From contig JAITVV010000081.1 of assembly GCA_031285625.1 (NCBI GenBank), positions 64,001-128,000 on the forward strand: 64,000 bases of DNA. The letters run 5' to 3'. Positions 29,551 through 39,823 of this stretch are shown here, piece by piece (positions within the stretch are counted from its first letter, which is position 1; each line of letters starts with the position of its first letter). This DNA is from Prevotella sp. Its GTDB lineage: Bacteria; Bacteroidota; Bacteroidia; Bacteroidales; Dysgonomonadaceae. The position numbers and the translations under genes were made by a program. The notes beneath the pieces are model-generated. The model made no database searches. It worked only from the letters and a program-made list of their open reading frames with translations, and was not told the DNA's origin.

Positions 29551-30321
29551 TTAATCTGAAATAATTGTACCTGAATTGTCACTCAAATGTGTGGCACTCG
29601 TTATTATTACTTCTTTAACCCCTGCTTTTATGGCTTCAAAAGAGTTCTCAAGCTTAGGAATCATCCCTCCCTGAATTACACCTTCATTAACCAGCCTCTT
29701 AAAATCTCCTTCGTCTAATCTTGGTATAACACTATCATCATCATTCTCATCCATCAATACACCTTTTTTCTCAAAACAGAAAACCAGGCTTACATCAAAA
29801 ACTTTGGCCAAAGCTTTTGCAGTTTCTCCCGCTATTGTATCTGCATTTGTATTCAGTATATTTCCCTTTCCATCATGTGTTAACGGTGCCAGTATAGGCA
29901 CTACACCCTGAGAAATAAGGTTGGATAGTATATTTATATTCACTTCTTTTACATCACCAACATATCCGTAATCAATATCTTTAACCGGACGCTTCTCCGA
30001 ACAAATAAGATTCAGGTCGGTACCTGTAAGCCCAAGGGCATTCACACCTAAGGCCTGTAAACCTGCGACAATATTTTTATTGACCAGTCCCCCATAGACC
30101 ATTGTTACCACCTGTAATGTATCCTTATCGGTTATCCGGCGACCATTTACCATCCGGCTTTCAATACCAAGCCTTTCGGCCAGTTTAGTTGCAGAACGTC
30201 CTCCTCCATGTACGAGGATCTTATACCCTTCTATAGGGGAAAAATCTTTAAGTAATTGTTGTAGCGATTGTTCTTCTTCAACAATCTTCCCTCCTACTTT
30301 TATAATCGTCAGCTTATCCAT
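29551..30321 (-). CDS. argB: Acetylglutamate kinase
   Basis: IKVGG, VHGGG, GRRITD, NTNADTIA and GGMIPKL motifs. Confidence 0.95.
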   Translation of the reverse strand: MDKLTIIKVGGKIVEEEQSLQQLLKDFSPIEGYKILVHGGGRSATKLAERLGIESRMVNGRRITDKDTLQVVTMVYGGLVNKNIVAGLQALGVNALGLTGTDLNLICSEKRPVKDIDYGYVGDVKEVNINILSNLISQGVVPILAPLTHDGKGNILNTNADTIAGETAKALAKVFDVSLVFCFEKKGVLMDENDDDSVIPRLDEGDFKRLVNEGVIQGGMIPKLENSFEAIKAGVKEVIITSATHLSDNSGTIISD

Positions 30322-30350
30322 TTCAATTTTATTATTTATTCAACTCTAAG

Positions 30351-30400
30351 AAAAAGTAACAAAAGTAACACCTTTTCAACCATTTTATATTGTCACTTTT
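30351..30400. repeat. Dispersed DR-DR-spacer-IR element, copy 3
   Basis: AAAAAGTAACAAAAGTAACA-N20-TGTCACTTTT. Confidence 0.75.
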
Positions 30401-30478
30401 ATTTAAAACGGCAATCATTTAAAGATTGTCTTATATAAGACAAATTAAAGTGCAAATAACATGTAGAATACAAAAATA

Positions 30479-30512
30479 AAAAGAGATTGAATCTGATGAA
30501 ACAATCTCTTTT
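30479..30512 (-). terminator. Intrinsic terminator after rpsO
   Basis: AAAAGAGATTG...CAATCTCTTTT. Confidence 0.65.
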
Positions 30513-30531
30513 AAATTTTCGCTGGAAAGAA

Positions 30532-30801
30532 TTACTTTCTGATACCTAATTCTTTGATGATAGCACGATATCTTTCGATATCGTTATCGATCAGATAGTC
30601 AAGCAAACGACGACGTTTACCTACAAGGCGTCTTAGTGATCTTTCTGTGTTATAGTCCTTCTTATTTAACTTCAAATGTTCAGTTAAATGCGAAATACGG
30701 TATGAAAACAATGCTATCTGAGCTTCAGGTGAGCCAGTATCAGTGTTAGACTTTCCGTATTTAGCGAAGAGTTCTTGCTTTTTAGCTGAATCTAAATACA
30801 T
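30532..30801 (-). CDS. rpsO: 30S ribosomal protein S15
   Basis: DTGSPEAQIA, HLK..KKD, LVGKRRRLLDYL; 89 aa. Confidence 0.98.
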   Translation of the reverse strand: MYLDSAKKQELFAKYGKSNTDTGSPEAQIALFSYRISHLTEHLKLNKKDYNTERSLRRLVGKRRRLLDYLIDNDIERYRAIIKELGIRK

Positions 30802-30888
30802 AAGTAATTATTTATAATTTATTTAAACGAGGTGCAAAGATAAAACTTATTTTGTGAGTCACAAACATTTAAGCCATAAAATGCAGGG

Positions 30889-31254
30889 TTAGAATGGCAA
30901 ATCATCTCCTTCGTCACTGCTACTAAAATCAACTGGAGCAGATGGAGCTTGTTGTTGTGGAGCAGCTTGCGGGGGTACAGGAGCACCTGCTCCGGCCGGA
31001 TCTACCTTCCATGCCCTAAGGTCTGTATACCAGTTTCCATTATATTCACGGCTCTCGATATCAAAAGAAACATCAAGTATATTTCCAACTTGTAATATTG
31101 ATTCATTAATTTTATCTCCCCATAATGTCATGCATACTTTCTTAGGATACATACCATCAGTTTCCAGAATTATATTCTGTTTTCTCCACTCTCCGTTCTT
31201 TCCCATACCGGTTTGTATAGGCATTACCTGAATCAATTTAGCTGTTAATTGCAT
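30889..31254 (-). CDS. DUF3127 family protein (SSB-like acidic DDLPF tail)
   Basis: YPKKVC, FDIESREYNGNWYT and DDLPF motifs. Confidence 0.88.
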   Translation of the reverse strand: MQLTAKLIQVMPIQTGMGKNGEWRKQNIILETDGMYPKKVCMTLWGDKINESILQVGNILDVSFDIESREYNGNWYTDLRAWKVDPAGAGAPVPPQAAPQQQAPSAPVDFSSSDEGDDLPF

Positions 31255-31334
31255 TATAATTAGTTTTGTTTATATTTCAAAATGGAGCATAAAGGTATAA
31301 AAAAATCAGGAATTTTCAATTTTTGCCAGGATTC

Positions 31335-32507
31335 CTATTTCCTTTTTCCGATCCATGTCAGTTTTTTCCAAATATATTCTAACGGGCCGTGTTTATAATT
31401 TTTCATCCACCAGTAAGAAAACAGATACTGCAATAAAAATAAGACGATACCAAGCAAAAATGAATATGTGACTCCCAATTTATTATGCAAGCTTAAACCC
31501 CAGTTATAAAACAGAGCTGAGCCAATAATCGACTGCATAATATAGTTAGTGAGCGTCATTTTTCCATAAGGACGAAGCTTATCCAACAATTTATGTCCTT
31601 TCGCTGTCTTATAATAGAGTAATATTACCAGAGCAACGAGGAATGACATAAATGCCAGATTTGAAAGAGATCTTATTATCAACGCCAAAGGCCTCAAAAC
31701 AGCCTTATTCTCAATAAAGCCGGGAATAAGATTAACCAGACCATTGAGTGGAAGAAAGCAAATAATACCTATAACTAATACCTTTATCCAAAAAGATGCA
31801 TTTTGCTCGTTATATTTAAATAATCCACTTCTGCCGATTAGCATACCAAACATAAAAAGGGCCGGAGTCTGAAAAAAGCGGGCATTTTCCCAGGCCCATG
31901 TAAGGCTTGCGAGTTGTCCGTCCCATAAATTCATTTTCACTGTTTCCAGAAATGTACCGGCTTCCTGTACAGGATAAGCGTTACCAAAGTAATAATTGGC
32001 CAGAGGTTTTCCAGGTATATAATCAGGATTTAATAAAGCATATATAAGTTTACCCCATTCCATAGGCTGCAACATCAGTATAGTTGCTATAATGACCACT
32101 GTTCTTGTCTTGAGTCGTGCCACAAAAATCAACAACACTCCTACAATGGAATACAATACTAATATTTCACCTGTAAAAAACATAGCATTGATATTTCCCC
32201 AGATAAACAACAGGAATAATCTCCATAGGAATCTCAATCTGAAATCATTTCCTCTTTCCAGCTGGTTATTATCCTGAATAAAAAAGCTGAAACCAAATAA
32301 CAGGGCAAATATGCCGTATGCTTTTCCTCCGAAGGTGAAAAACATAGAATCCCATATCATTTTATCGGTAAACTTCAGAAAAGAGCTATCTGTTTCGGGA
32401 AAAGAATAAAAATTGAAATGTTCGATACAATGAAGCAGGAAAATGCCCATTATAGCAAAACCTCTGAGCGCATCTGCCACATCGATGCGCTGTTGTATTT
32501 TTGTCAT
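31335..32507 (-). CDS. DUF418 family membrane protein
   Basis: RIDVADALRGFA, GKMTLTNYIMQS and GPLEYIW motifs. Confidence 0.9.
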   Translation of the reverse strand: MTKIQQRIDVADALRGFAIMGIFLLHCIEHFNFYSFPETDSSFLKFTDKMIWDSMFFTFGGKAYGIFALLFGFSFFIQDNNQLERGNDFRLRFLWRLFLLFIWGNINAMFFTGEILVLYSIVGVLLIFVARLKTRTVVIIATILMLQPMEWGKLIYALLNPDYIPGKPLANYYFGNAYPVQEAGTFLETVKMNLWDGQLASLTWAWENARFFQTPALFMFGMLIGRSGLFKYNEQNASFWIKVLVIGIICFLPLNGLVNLIPGFIENKAVLRPLALIIRSLSNLAFMSFLVALVILLYYKTAKGHKLLDKLRPYGKMTLTNYIMQSIIGSALFYNWGLSLHNKLGVTYSFLLGIVLFLLQYLFSYWWMKNYKHGPLEYIWKKLTWIGKRK

Positions 32508-32562
32508 GATATTAATAATTATTTTCGGGCCGCAAGATAATGACTATTTTTCAAAAAAGTCT

Positions 32563-33702
32563 CTATTCCGGCTGGTCTTTATCGAAGGGAATCTCCTGCT
32601 GGGCGTTCTCTGCCGCCTGTATCCTCTCTGCCGAAGCGATAAATTCTTTATAATAAGACAATAGCAAAGTTGTTAAGGGGATTGCTATAATCATTCCCAC
32701 AACTCCCAGTAAAGAACCCCATACAGACAAGGAAAGAAGTATAATTGCAGGGTTCAGTCCCATTGCCTTACCCATTATGCGGGGAACAAGGTATAAATCC
32801 ATAATACATTGGACAATAACATAGATCAAAGCTACTAATCCCAGCATTGCCCAAAAACTATCATCAGTTTGTGATGCCCGTAACCAGCAAAGCAAAATTG
32901 CCGGAGGAAAAGTTATTACCTGTAAGTATGGAATCATATGTACCAGGCCAACTATAATGCCAAACATAATAGCTAATGGCAAGCCTATAATCTGAAAACC
33001 TGTAGCATATAAGACAGCAAGGATAAGACAGATAAATGCCTGATGGCGAAAATATTTGTTCATACTAGTTTCTACATCCAAGGTAATTCTGTTTACTACC
33101 GGACGGTATTTTGGAGGGATAAGATATCTCCAGAGTTCGTTTATTTTGTCATAATCGAGCAAAATAAAGATCAGATATAAAAGGACGATGAAAACGACAG
33201 TAAGCCCAAATAAGAATGAAATAGTATTAGAAAAAATAGCTTCCACTGCCGGGCTCAGGTATTGTATAATTTCCACAAGGTTGTCACGTGAGAGGCTACT
33301 TTGTATTTCCTTAAAATCGATATAACGACCTATAGCATCGGCTACATTTACAGGAATCCCATTCTGGCTGATGGAAGATAAATCATAAGTGGCAATAAGG
33401 CCATTGATCTGCCATATTTCATTTTCGATAAGAGGAACCAGAATAAAACCGAGCAGAGTGATTATTGCTGCAACCGAAAGCAACGTTAAAACCACTGCAA
33501 GAGAATGCACAAGTCTTAGTTTTCTCTGATAGAAACGGACTAAAGGATTGAGCATATATGCCAGTAACCAAGCAACAAGAAATGGTAACAAAACATCTTT
33601 CAGTATATAAAGGAAGTAAAGTGCTGCACCTATAGCCAGAACACTTATAAGCATACGGATAGTCCGGTCAAATGTAAATGGTTTCTCGAAAGGCTGGCTC
33701 AT
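32563..33702 (-). CDS. AI-2E family transporter
   Basis: LLPFLVAWLLAYMLNP and PRIMGKAMGLNP motifs. Confidence 0.9.
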   Translation of the reverse strand: MSQPFEKPFTFDRTIRMLISVLAIGAALYFLYILKDVLLPFLVAWLLAYMLNPLVRFYQRKLRLVHSLAVVLTLLSVAAIITLLGFILVPLIENEIWQINGLIATYDLSSISQNGIPVNVADAIGRYIDFKEIQSSLSRDNLVEIIQYLSPAVEAIFSNTISFLFGLTVVFIVLLYLIFILLDYDKINELWRYLIPPKYRPVVNRITLDVETSMNKYFRHQAFICLILAVLYATGFQIIGLPLAIMFGIIVGLVHMIPYLQVITFPPAILLCWLRASQTDDSFWAMLGLVALIYVIVQCIMDLYLVPRIMGKAMGLNPAIILLSLSVWGSLLGVVGMIIAIPLTTLLLSYYKEFIASAERIQAAENAQQEIPFDKDQPE

Positions 33703-33786
33703 AGATAAAACATTCAGGTGTCAGTAAAATATTTTTATATCTTTACAAAGATATTTATTTTCCACATTTTATAACATTCTACCACG

Positions 33787-35229
33787 ATGAAATTTAAAAT
33801 CCAATATTTGTTATTCGTTTTTGCGTTAATTCCTTACATTTCGTTTGCACAAACAAAACAGGCAGGTATACAGCAATTTCTGAATAACAAGGGATTAAAG
33901 CACGCCTCAGTCGGTATTTGTGTAAAAGATTTTTCAGGTAAACAAATAGCATCACACAATCCGGAAAAATCGTATACCCCAGCCTCAATACTCAAGGTGG
34001 TTACTACAGCGACATCTTTGGAAGTACTTGGAGCCGAATATAAATATAAAACTACCCTTGCTAAAAATAACAACGACAAAAACAGACTGTTAATTCATGG
34101 ATATGGTGACCCTACATTAGGTACAGAACATTTGGAAAATATCCCAAATGCATTTCTCTCTCAATGGGTAGATCAAATCAAACAAAATACAGATTCCACC
34201 GAAAATATCGATATAACTGTTATTGACGATTATTTTGGATATGAGGGTATATCCGACCGATGGATTTACCAGGATTTAGGAAACTATTATGCAGCAGCAA
34301 CCTATGGTATCAGTATTTTTGATAACACTTACAAATTGTATTTCAATACTGTCCGTCGCGATACTTGTCCGGTAATCATCAGAACAGATCCTGAAATGAA
34401 TATAGAATTCAAAAATATACTTCGCCTCAATAGCTCGGGGCAAGATAACGGATATATACATGGTGAGCCATTCTCAAACAAACGCCTTATTACCGGAGAT
34501 ATCCCCGGAGGAAAAGCATCCTTCAGCATCAAAGGAGATATCCCTAATCCCGGATTATACTTAGGTGAAGTGTTAGCAAAAAAGTTAAGTGAAGATAATT
34601 ATAAAGTCGGAAAAATTGAAAATACATATGAGAGATACTATGACCAAATGTATAAAGATAAAAAAGAATCCTCCGATGAAAAGGTTTTCTATACACATTA
34701 TTCCTTCCCTTTAAAGGATATTGTGAAAGACACAAATGTAAGGAGTAATAATCATTATGCAGAACATCTGATACGGACTGTAGGACGTGAAAAAGAAAAA
34801 GATATATACACACCATCATTGGATGCAGGAATAGAAAAAACAAAGGAACTCTGGAAAATTCGTGGATTTAATACAAACGCGCTAATGATGTATGATGGAA
34901 GCGGCTTGTCACCGGCAAATGCGGTAAGCCCGGCATTTATGTGCGACCTGCTAGTGTATATGCAAACAAAAAGTAAAAATGCTGATGTATTTCTGGAATC
35001 GCTACCTAAAGCAGGCAAAGACGGAACAGTAAAAAACCGTCTGAAAGGGACAAGGCTGGCAGGAAAAATAGCGATGAAAAGTGGGAGTATCAATGGAGTA
35101 CAATGTTTTTCAGGCTATTATATAGATGGGGATAAAAAGTATGCTTTCACTATTATGGTTAATAAATTCACAGGACCGCGCAGTGAAATAGTAAGGGCAA
35201 TCGATACTTTATTGTTATCACTCTTCTAG
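33787..35229 (+). CDS. dacB: D-Ala-D-Ala carboxypeptidase/endopeptidase (PBP4, peptidase S13)
   Basis: PASILK (SxxK), SNN, DGSGLS and KSG motifs. Confidence 0.93.
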   Translation: MKFKIQYLLFVFALIPYISFAQTKQAGIQQFLNNKGLKHASVGICVKDFSGKQIASHNPEKSYTPASILKVVTTATSLEVLGAEYKYKTTLAKNNNDKNRLLIHGYGDPTLGTEHLENIPNAFLSQWVDQIKQNTDSTENIDITVIDDYFGYEGISDRWIYQDLGNYYAAATYGISIFDNTYKLYFNTVRRDTCPVIIRTDPEMNIEFKNILRLNSSGQDNGYIHGEPFSNKRLITGDIPGGKASFSIKGDIPNPGLYLGEVLAKKLSEDNYKVGKIENTYERYYDQMYKDKKESSDEKVFYTHYSFPLKDIVKDTNVRSNNHYAEHLIRTVGREKEKDIYTPSLDAGIEKTKELWKIRGFNTNALMMYDGSGLSPANAVSPAFMCDLLVYMQTKSKNADVFLESLPKAGKDGTVKNRLKGTRLAGKIAMKSGSINGVQCFSGYYIDGDKKYAFTIMVNKFTGPRSEIVRAIDTLLLSLF

Positions 35230-36096
35230 AGGCTTCTTACTGCTGATTATAACCAATGTTACAGCACCGATAATAAGAAGCAATCCGGAGAGGCTATTCC
35301 AGCCAAAAGGCTCTCCAAAATGGAATACACCTACCAATGTAGCAACTACCGGCTCTAATGAACCAAGTATTGAAGTTACGGTAGATCCGGCGTATTTTAC
35401 GGCAGAGACCAAAGCCAGACCGGAAAATACTGTCGCAAACAAAGCTAAACCTCCCAGATTAAACCATGCCTTTACATTAGGAACAATTTCAATACCTGTT
35501 GTGGAATAAGAGAATACTGAAAAAATAAATGCTCCAAAAAGCATTACATAAAATGTAAACACTTCCGGTTGAAGACTTTTTATACTTTTCCTGTTCAGGC
35601 TTACAATATAAGTGGAATATGTAAATACAGTAATCAGTACAGCCAATAAGCCTTTTGTATTAATAAATCCCGTATCGCTCCAACAAAGCAATGCAACTCC
35701 TACAAGCGCTAAAACCGCGGCAAAAAGGATATTTCTGGATAACTTCTCCTTATAGAAAATGATCATCATACAAGCCACTGACACCGGATAGAGAAAGTGA
35801 ATTGTTGTAGATACTCCACTCGAAATATAATTATAAGAATAAATCAGCCCCATAGATGTCATCGTATAAAGTAAGCCTAGAAATAATAGCTGTACGGCCA
35901 GCTTAGGCGATATCCTGAAGTCTCTTTTTCGTATAATACAAATAATGCCCAGAAGACTTGCAGCCAAAAGGCTTCGATAAAACAATATGGATGGAGCATG
36001 CATTCCGGCTTTCAATAGAGGAATTGAAAAAAATGCGATCAATCCGAATGTTCCGGAAGATATCAGTGCCAGTATGATTCCTTTGGTTTTATCCAT
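35218..36096 (-). CDS. EamA/DMT family transporter
   Basis: About 10 TM helices in two repeats; LEPVVA motif. Confidence 0.9.
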   Translation of the reverse strand: MDKTKGIILALISSGTFGLIAFFSIPLLKAGMHAPSILFYRSLLAASLLGIICIIRKRDFRISPKLAVQLLFLGLLYTMTSMGLIYSYNYISSGVSTTIHFLYPVSVACMMIIFYKEKLSRNILFAAVLALVGVALLCWSDTGFINTKGLLAVLITVFTYSTYIVSLNRKSIKSLQPEVFTFYVMLFGAFIFSVFSYSTTGIEIVPNVKAWFNLGGLALFATVFSGLALVSAVKYAGSTVTSILGSLEPVVATLVGVFHFGEPFGWNSLSGLLLIIGAVTLVIISSKKPLEE

Positions 36097-36309
36097 ATTT
36101 GCTAATCAAAAGTCTGCAAAGGTAATACTTCCTCCAATCATTTGTAAATATATTATCAAATAAAGATATAATTGTATGATTATCAAATAGATAATTTAAT
36201 TATATAAAAAATATGATTTCCCTGACTTATTTATATAACAAATAATTTATCTATATTTGACATTATAAGAATCTACATTCTTGTCTATTTAATTAATAAT
36301 CAAATATTT

Positions 36310-37053
36310 ATGTCAAATTCAGTTGTAGAAGTTTGTGCAAATTCAGTACAATCAGCCATAAATGGGCAAAAAGGAGGAGCTATAAGAGTAGAATTATGCG
36401 ATAATCTCGAAGAAGGAGGCACTACCCCTGCCCTATCTCAGATCGAGCTTACAAGAGAGAATTTAAGTATTCAGGTAAATGTAATTATTCGCCCACGAGG
36501 AGGAGATTTTCTATACAACGATCTCGAATTTGAAATGATGAAACGGGATATCCATCATTGCGGCAAGAGCAAATGCGATGGAGTCGTTTTCGGGATATTA
36601 AACCCGGATGGATCTGTAGACAAAAAGAGAAATAAAGATCTAATAGATATTGCTCATCAATATGGAATGAGCGTTACTTTTCACAGAGCATTTGACAGAT
36701 GTGCCAATCTATTCAAATCATTAGAAGATATAATTGAACTAGGTTGCGATAGAATATTGACTTCCGGCGGAATGAAAACTGCACCTGAAGGAGAAGAGAT
36801 TTTAAAAAGACTGATTGAACAAGCTGGTAACCGTATCATTATTATGCCGGGCGGAGGCATAACAGAAAACAATATAGGAGATTTGGTAAAAGCAACAGGG
36901 CTAAAAGAATTCCATGGTTCTTTCCGCAGTAGATATATGGGAGAAATGGAATATATATCTAACATATTTGATAATGTAAACGAAGAATATTCGATACTCT
37001 TATCTGACTCAGAAAAGATAGAAAAAGCAATCAAAAATGCCAATAATATTTAA
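36310..37053 (+). CDS. cutC: Copper homeostasis protein CutC
   Basis: EVC, RVELC, GGTTP, IRPRGGDF, TFHRAFD and RILTSGG motifs. Confidence 0.95.
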   Translation: MSNSVVEVCANSVQSAINGQKGGAIRVELCDNLEEGGTTPALSQIELTRENLSIQVNVIIRPRGGDFLYNDLEFEMMKRDIHHCGKSKCDGVVFGILNPDGSVDKKRNKDLIDIAHQYGMSVTFHRAFDRCANLFKSLEDIIELGCDRILTSGGMKTAPEGEEILKRLIEQAGNRIIIMPGGGITENNIGDLVKATGLKEFHGSFRSRYMGEMEYISNIFDNVNEEYSILLSDSEKIEKAIKNANNI

Positions 37054-37161
37054 AAAGGAAGTCTATTATAGTTAATATATATTTGGTAAAAATTATTCAC
37101 AAAAAAAGAATATAAAAAATACTAACTTTGTAGCCGTAAACAATTATCCCTTTTAAATAAG

Positions 37162-39036
37162 ATGAATTTCAAATATGATGTAATTGTCGTCGGGGCAGGT
37201 CATGCCGGATGTGAAGCTGCAGCTGCTGCGGCCAACATGGGTTCGAAGACCTTACTGATCACAATGGATATGAACAAGATCGCACAGATGAGTTGCAATC
37301 CTGCCGTAGGTGGAATTGCAAAAGGCCAGATTGTGCGAGAGATCGATGCCCTGGGCGGACAGATGGGAATAGTTACAGATACTACTGCCATCCAATTCCG
37401 GATGCTTAACAAATCGAAGGGCCCTGCAATGTGGAGTCCAAGGGCACAAAGCGACCGGGTAAAATTTATCCAAAAATGGAGAGAGATTATAGAGAATACA
37501 AATAGTCTCTTCATCTGGCAGGACACAGTAACATCTCTCATTATCGAGAACAAAACTGTAACCGGAGTAAGAACTGCGATGGATGTAGTCTTCTCTGCCA
37601 AATCGGTGGTTTTGACTAACGGAACTTTCTTGAATGGATTAATGCACATTGGGAAAACACAGCTCGGTGGTGGACGTGTATCCGAGCCTGCGTCTTTTGG
37701 CATTACCGAGCAACTGCGTGAATTTGGATTTACTACCGACAGAATGAAAACAGGTACTCCTGCCAGAATAGATGGAAGGAGTGTCGATTTTAGCCTGATG
37801 GAAGAGCAAAAAGGCGATGACGATTTTCATAAGTTCTCTTATCTGGATTTCGAGCCAAGAACGTTAAAGCAGTTGAGTTGCTGGATAACTTATACCAATG
37901 AAGATGTACACACCAGATTACGCGATGGACTGGATGATTCTCCATTATATAACGGGCAAATAAAAAGCATCGGTCCAAGATATTGCCCTAGCATCGAAAC
38001 TAAGATTGTCACATTTGAGGAGAAAACATCCCATCAATTATTTCTGGAACCGGAAGGTGAAAATACTCAGGAATATTATCTGAACGGCTTTTCTTCCTCC
38101 CTCCCACTCCATATACAAATTGAGGCATTACAAAAAATCCCTGCATTCCGCAATATTCATATCTACAGGCCTGGTTATGCCATCGAGTATGATTTCTTTG
38201 ATCCCACCCAACTGAAGCATACATTGGAAACGAAATTAATAAACAATCTCTTTTTTGCAGGACAAATCAATGGAACTACCGGATATGAAGAAGCAGGAGG
38301 ACAAGGTTTGATAGCAGGAATAAATGCACACATCAGCACTCACGGTGGCGATGAGTTCACCCTAAAAAGAGATGAAGCATATATAGGTGTATTGATCGAT
38401 GATCTTGTAACAAAAGGTGTTGACGAACCATATAGAATGTTTACGTCAAGAGCAGAATATCGCATATTATTAAGGCAAGATGATGCCGATGTTCGCTTAA
38501 CTGAAAAAGGCTATAATATTGGCTTAGCTAAACAAGAGAGATTAGACCTGTTAAAAGAGAAAAAAGCAGAAATAAATAGAATAATCGATTTCACTGCAAA
38601 CTACTCCCTAAAACCTGAATATATAAATGAAGGACTAACAAAACTAGGAACAAGCCCATTAAAACAAGGATTAAAACTTAAAGATGTAATCACACGCCCT
38701 CAGGTTACAGCAGGCAATATAGCTGAATATATACCAGCCTTTAAAGAGGAGCTCAATAAAATACCGAACAGAAAAGAGGAAATAATCGAAGCAATTGAAA
38801 TCACTATCAAGTACGATGGATACATAAAGAGAGAGCAACTAATTGCGGAGAAGATTTCACGCTTAGAAAATATTCGCATAAAAGGGAAGTTTGACTACGA
38901 AAATATACTATCTCTTTCAACCGAAGCACGACAAAAATTATCAAAAATAAATCCAGAAACAATTGCACAAGCCAGTAGAATCCCTGGGGTTTCACCAAAT
39001 GACATCTCCATCCTACTAGTCCTTTTAGGTCGCTAA
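37162..39036 (+). CDS. mnmG: tRNA uridine 5-carboxymethylaminomethyl modification enzyme MnmG/GidA
   Basis: GAGHAGCEAA, MSCNPAVGG, GPRYCPSIE, AGQINGTTGYEEA and RMFTSRAEYR motifs. Confidence 0.98.
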   Translation: MNFKYDVIVVGAGHAGCEAAAAAANMGSKTLLITMDMNKIAQMSCNPAVGGIAKGQIVREIDALGGQMGIVTDTTAIQFRMLNKSKGPAMWSPRAQSDRVKFIQKWREIIENTNSLFIWQDTVTSLIIENKTVTGVRTAMDVVFSAKSVVLTNGTFLNGLMHIGKTQLGGGRVSEPASFGITEQLREFGFTTDRMKTGTPARIDGRSVDFSLMEEQKGDDDFHKFSYLDFEPRTLKQLSCWITYTNEDVHTRLRDGLDDSPLYNGQIKSIGPRYCPSIETKIVTFEEKTSHQLFLEPEGENTQEYYLNGFSSSLPLHIQIEALQKIPAFRNIHIYRPGYAIEYDFFDPTQLKHTLETKLINNLFFAGQINGTTGYEEAGGQGLIAGINAHISTHGGDEFTLKRDEAYIGVLIDDLVTKGVDEPYRMFTSRAEYRILLRQDDADVRLTEKGYNIGLAKQERLDLLKEKKAEINRIIDFTANYSLKPEYINEGLTKLGTSPLKQGLKLKDVITRPQVTAGNIAEYIPAFKEELNKIPNRKEEIIEAIEITIKYDGYIKREQLIAEKISRLENIRIKGKFDYENILSLSTEARQKLSKINPETIAQASRIPGVSPNDISILLVLLGR

Positions 39037-39042
39037 ACAAAA

Positions 39043-39058
39043 TGTTCCACGTGAAACA
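39043..39058. other. parS centromere-like site 1
   Basis: TGTTCCACGTGAAACA matches the parS consensus TGTTNCACGTGAAACA. Confidence 0.92.
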
Positions 39059-39077
39059 CAAACAGAAAAAACACAAA

Positions 39078-39093
39078 TGTTCCACGTGGAACA
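39078..39093. other. parS centromere-like site 2
   Basis: TGTTCCACGTGGAACA, perfect 16-bp palindrome. Confidence 0.92.
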
Positions 39094-39110
39094 CTAAATA
39101 ATCTAACGAA

Positions 39111-39662
39111 ATGAATCGAGCAGAAAAAGAAGAAAAACTTATTACTTTAAGACAAATTGTCCGCAACATTCCTGACTTTCCAATTCCCGGAATTCAATTT
39201 AAGGATGTCACGCCCTTATTCAAGACAAAAGAATCTTTATCAATGCTAACGGATGTACTTCTTGAAGAATATAGAGGAAAAGGCATAACGAAAGTTGTTG
39301 GTATAGAGTCAAGAGGTTTTATAATGGGACCGATCATGGCTTTAGAATTAGATGCAGGATTTGTTCCGATAAGGAAACCGGGCAAACTTCCAGCAGATGT
39401 ATTCGAAGAAGAATATGAGAAAGAATATGGAATGGACAAAATACAGATTCATAAAGATTCACTCACAAAAGATGATGTTGTACTCATCCACGATGACTTA
39501 CTAGCAACAGGAGGTACAATGTTCGCTGCATACAATCTGGTAAAAAAAATGGGAGTAAAAAATATATACGTAAACTTCATAATTGAGCTGGATGAACTAA
39601 AAGGAAGAGATTTATTCCCTAAAAACATTGAATTAAAGTCAATGATCCACTTCGAAGTATAA
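39111..39662 (+). CDS. apt: Adenine phosphoribosyltransferase
   Basis: PDFPIPGIQFKD, GIESRGF, RKPGKLP and DDLLATGGT motifs. Confidence 0.96.
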   Translation: MNRAEKEEKLITLRQIVRNIPDFPIPGIQFKDVTPLFKTKESLSMLTDVLLEEYRGKGITKVVGIESRGFIMGPIMALELDAGFVPIRKPGKLPADVFEEEYEKEYGMDKIQIHKDSLTKDDVVLIHDDLLATGGTMFAAYNLVKKMGVKNIYVNFIIELDELKGRDLFPKNIELKSMIHFEV

Positions 39663-39823
39663 ACGTACACAAAACCTTTCCACATTTACATTTGCATACA
39701 ACAAATTACCATTCTCTTTTTAAGGGTTTGATGATTTGTTGTATCTTTATCTTGACATTAAGACAAGGAGACATATACAAAACGCACAAAAAGATGATAG
39801 AAAAGAAAAAGACTAAGAGGCAA

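Noticed and set aside
30802-30888. Possible S15 autoregulatory leader RNA
   Set aside because: No structure I can support by eye
37200-38224. Antisense ORFs inside mnmG (and similar ones within polA, dacB and the cob genes)
   Set aside because: Shadow ORFs of conserved genes with no independent motifs
39692-39793. N-terminal extension of uvrC from a TTG start
   Set aside because: Not UvrC-like; downstream ATGs fit the GIY-YIG domain start
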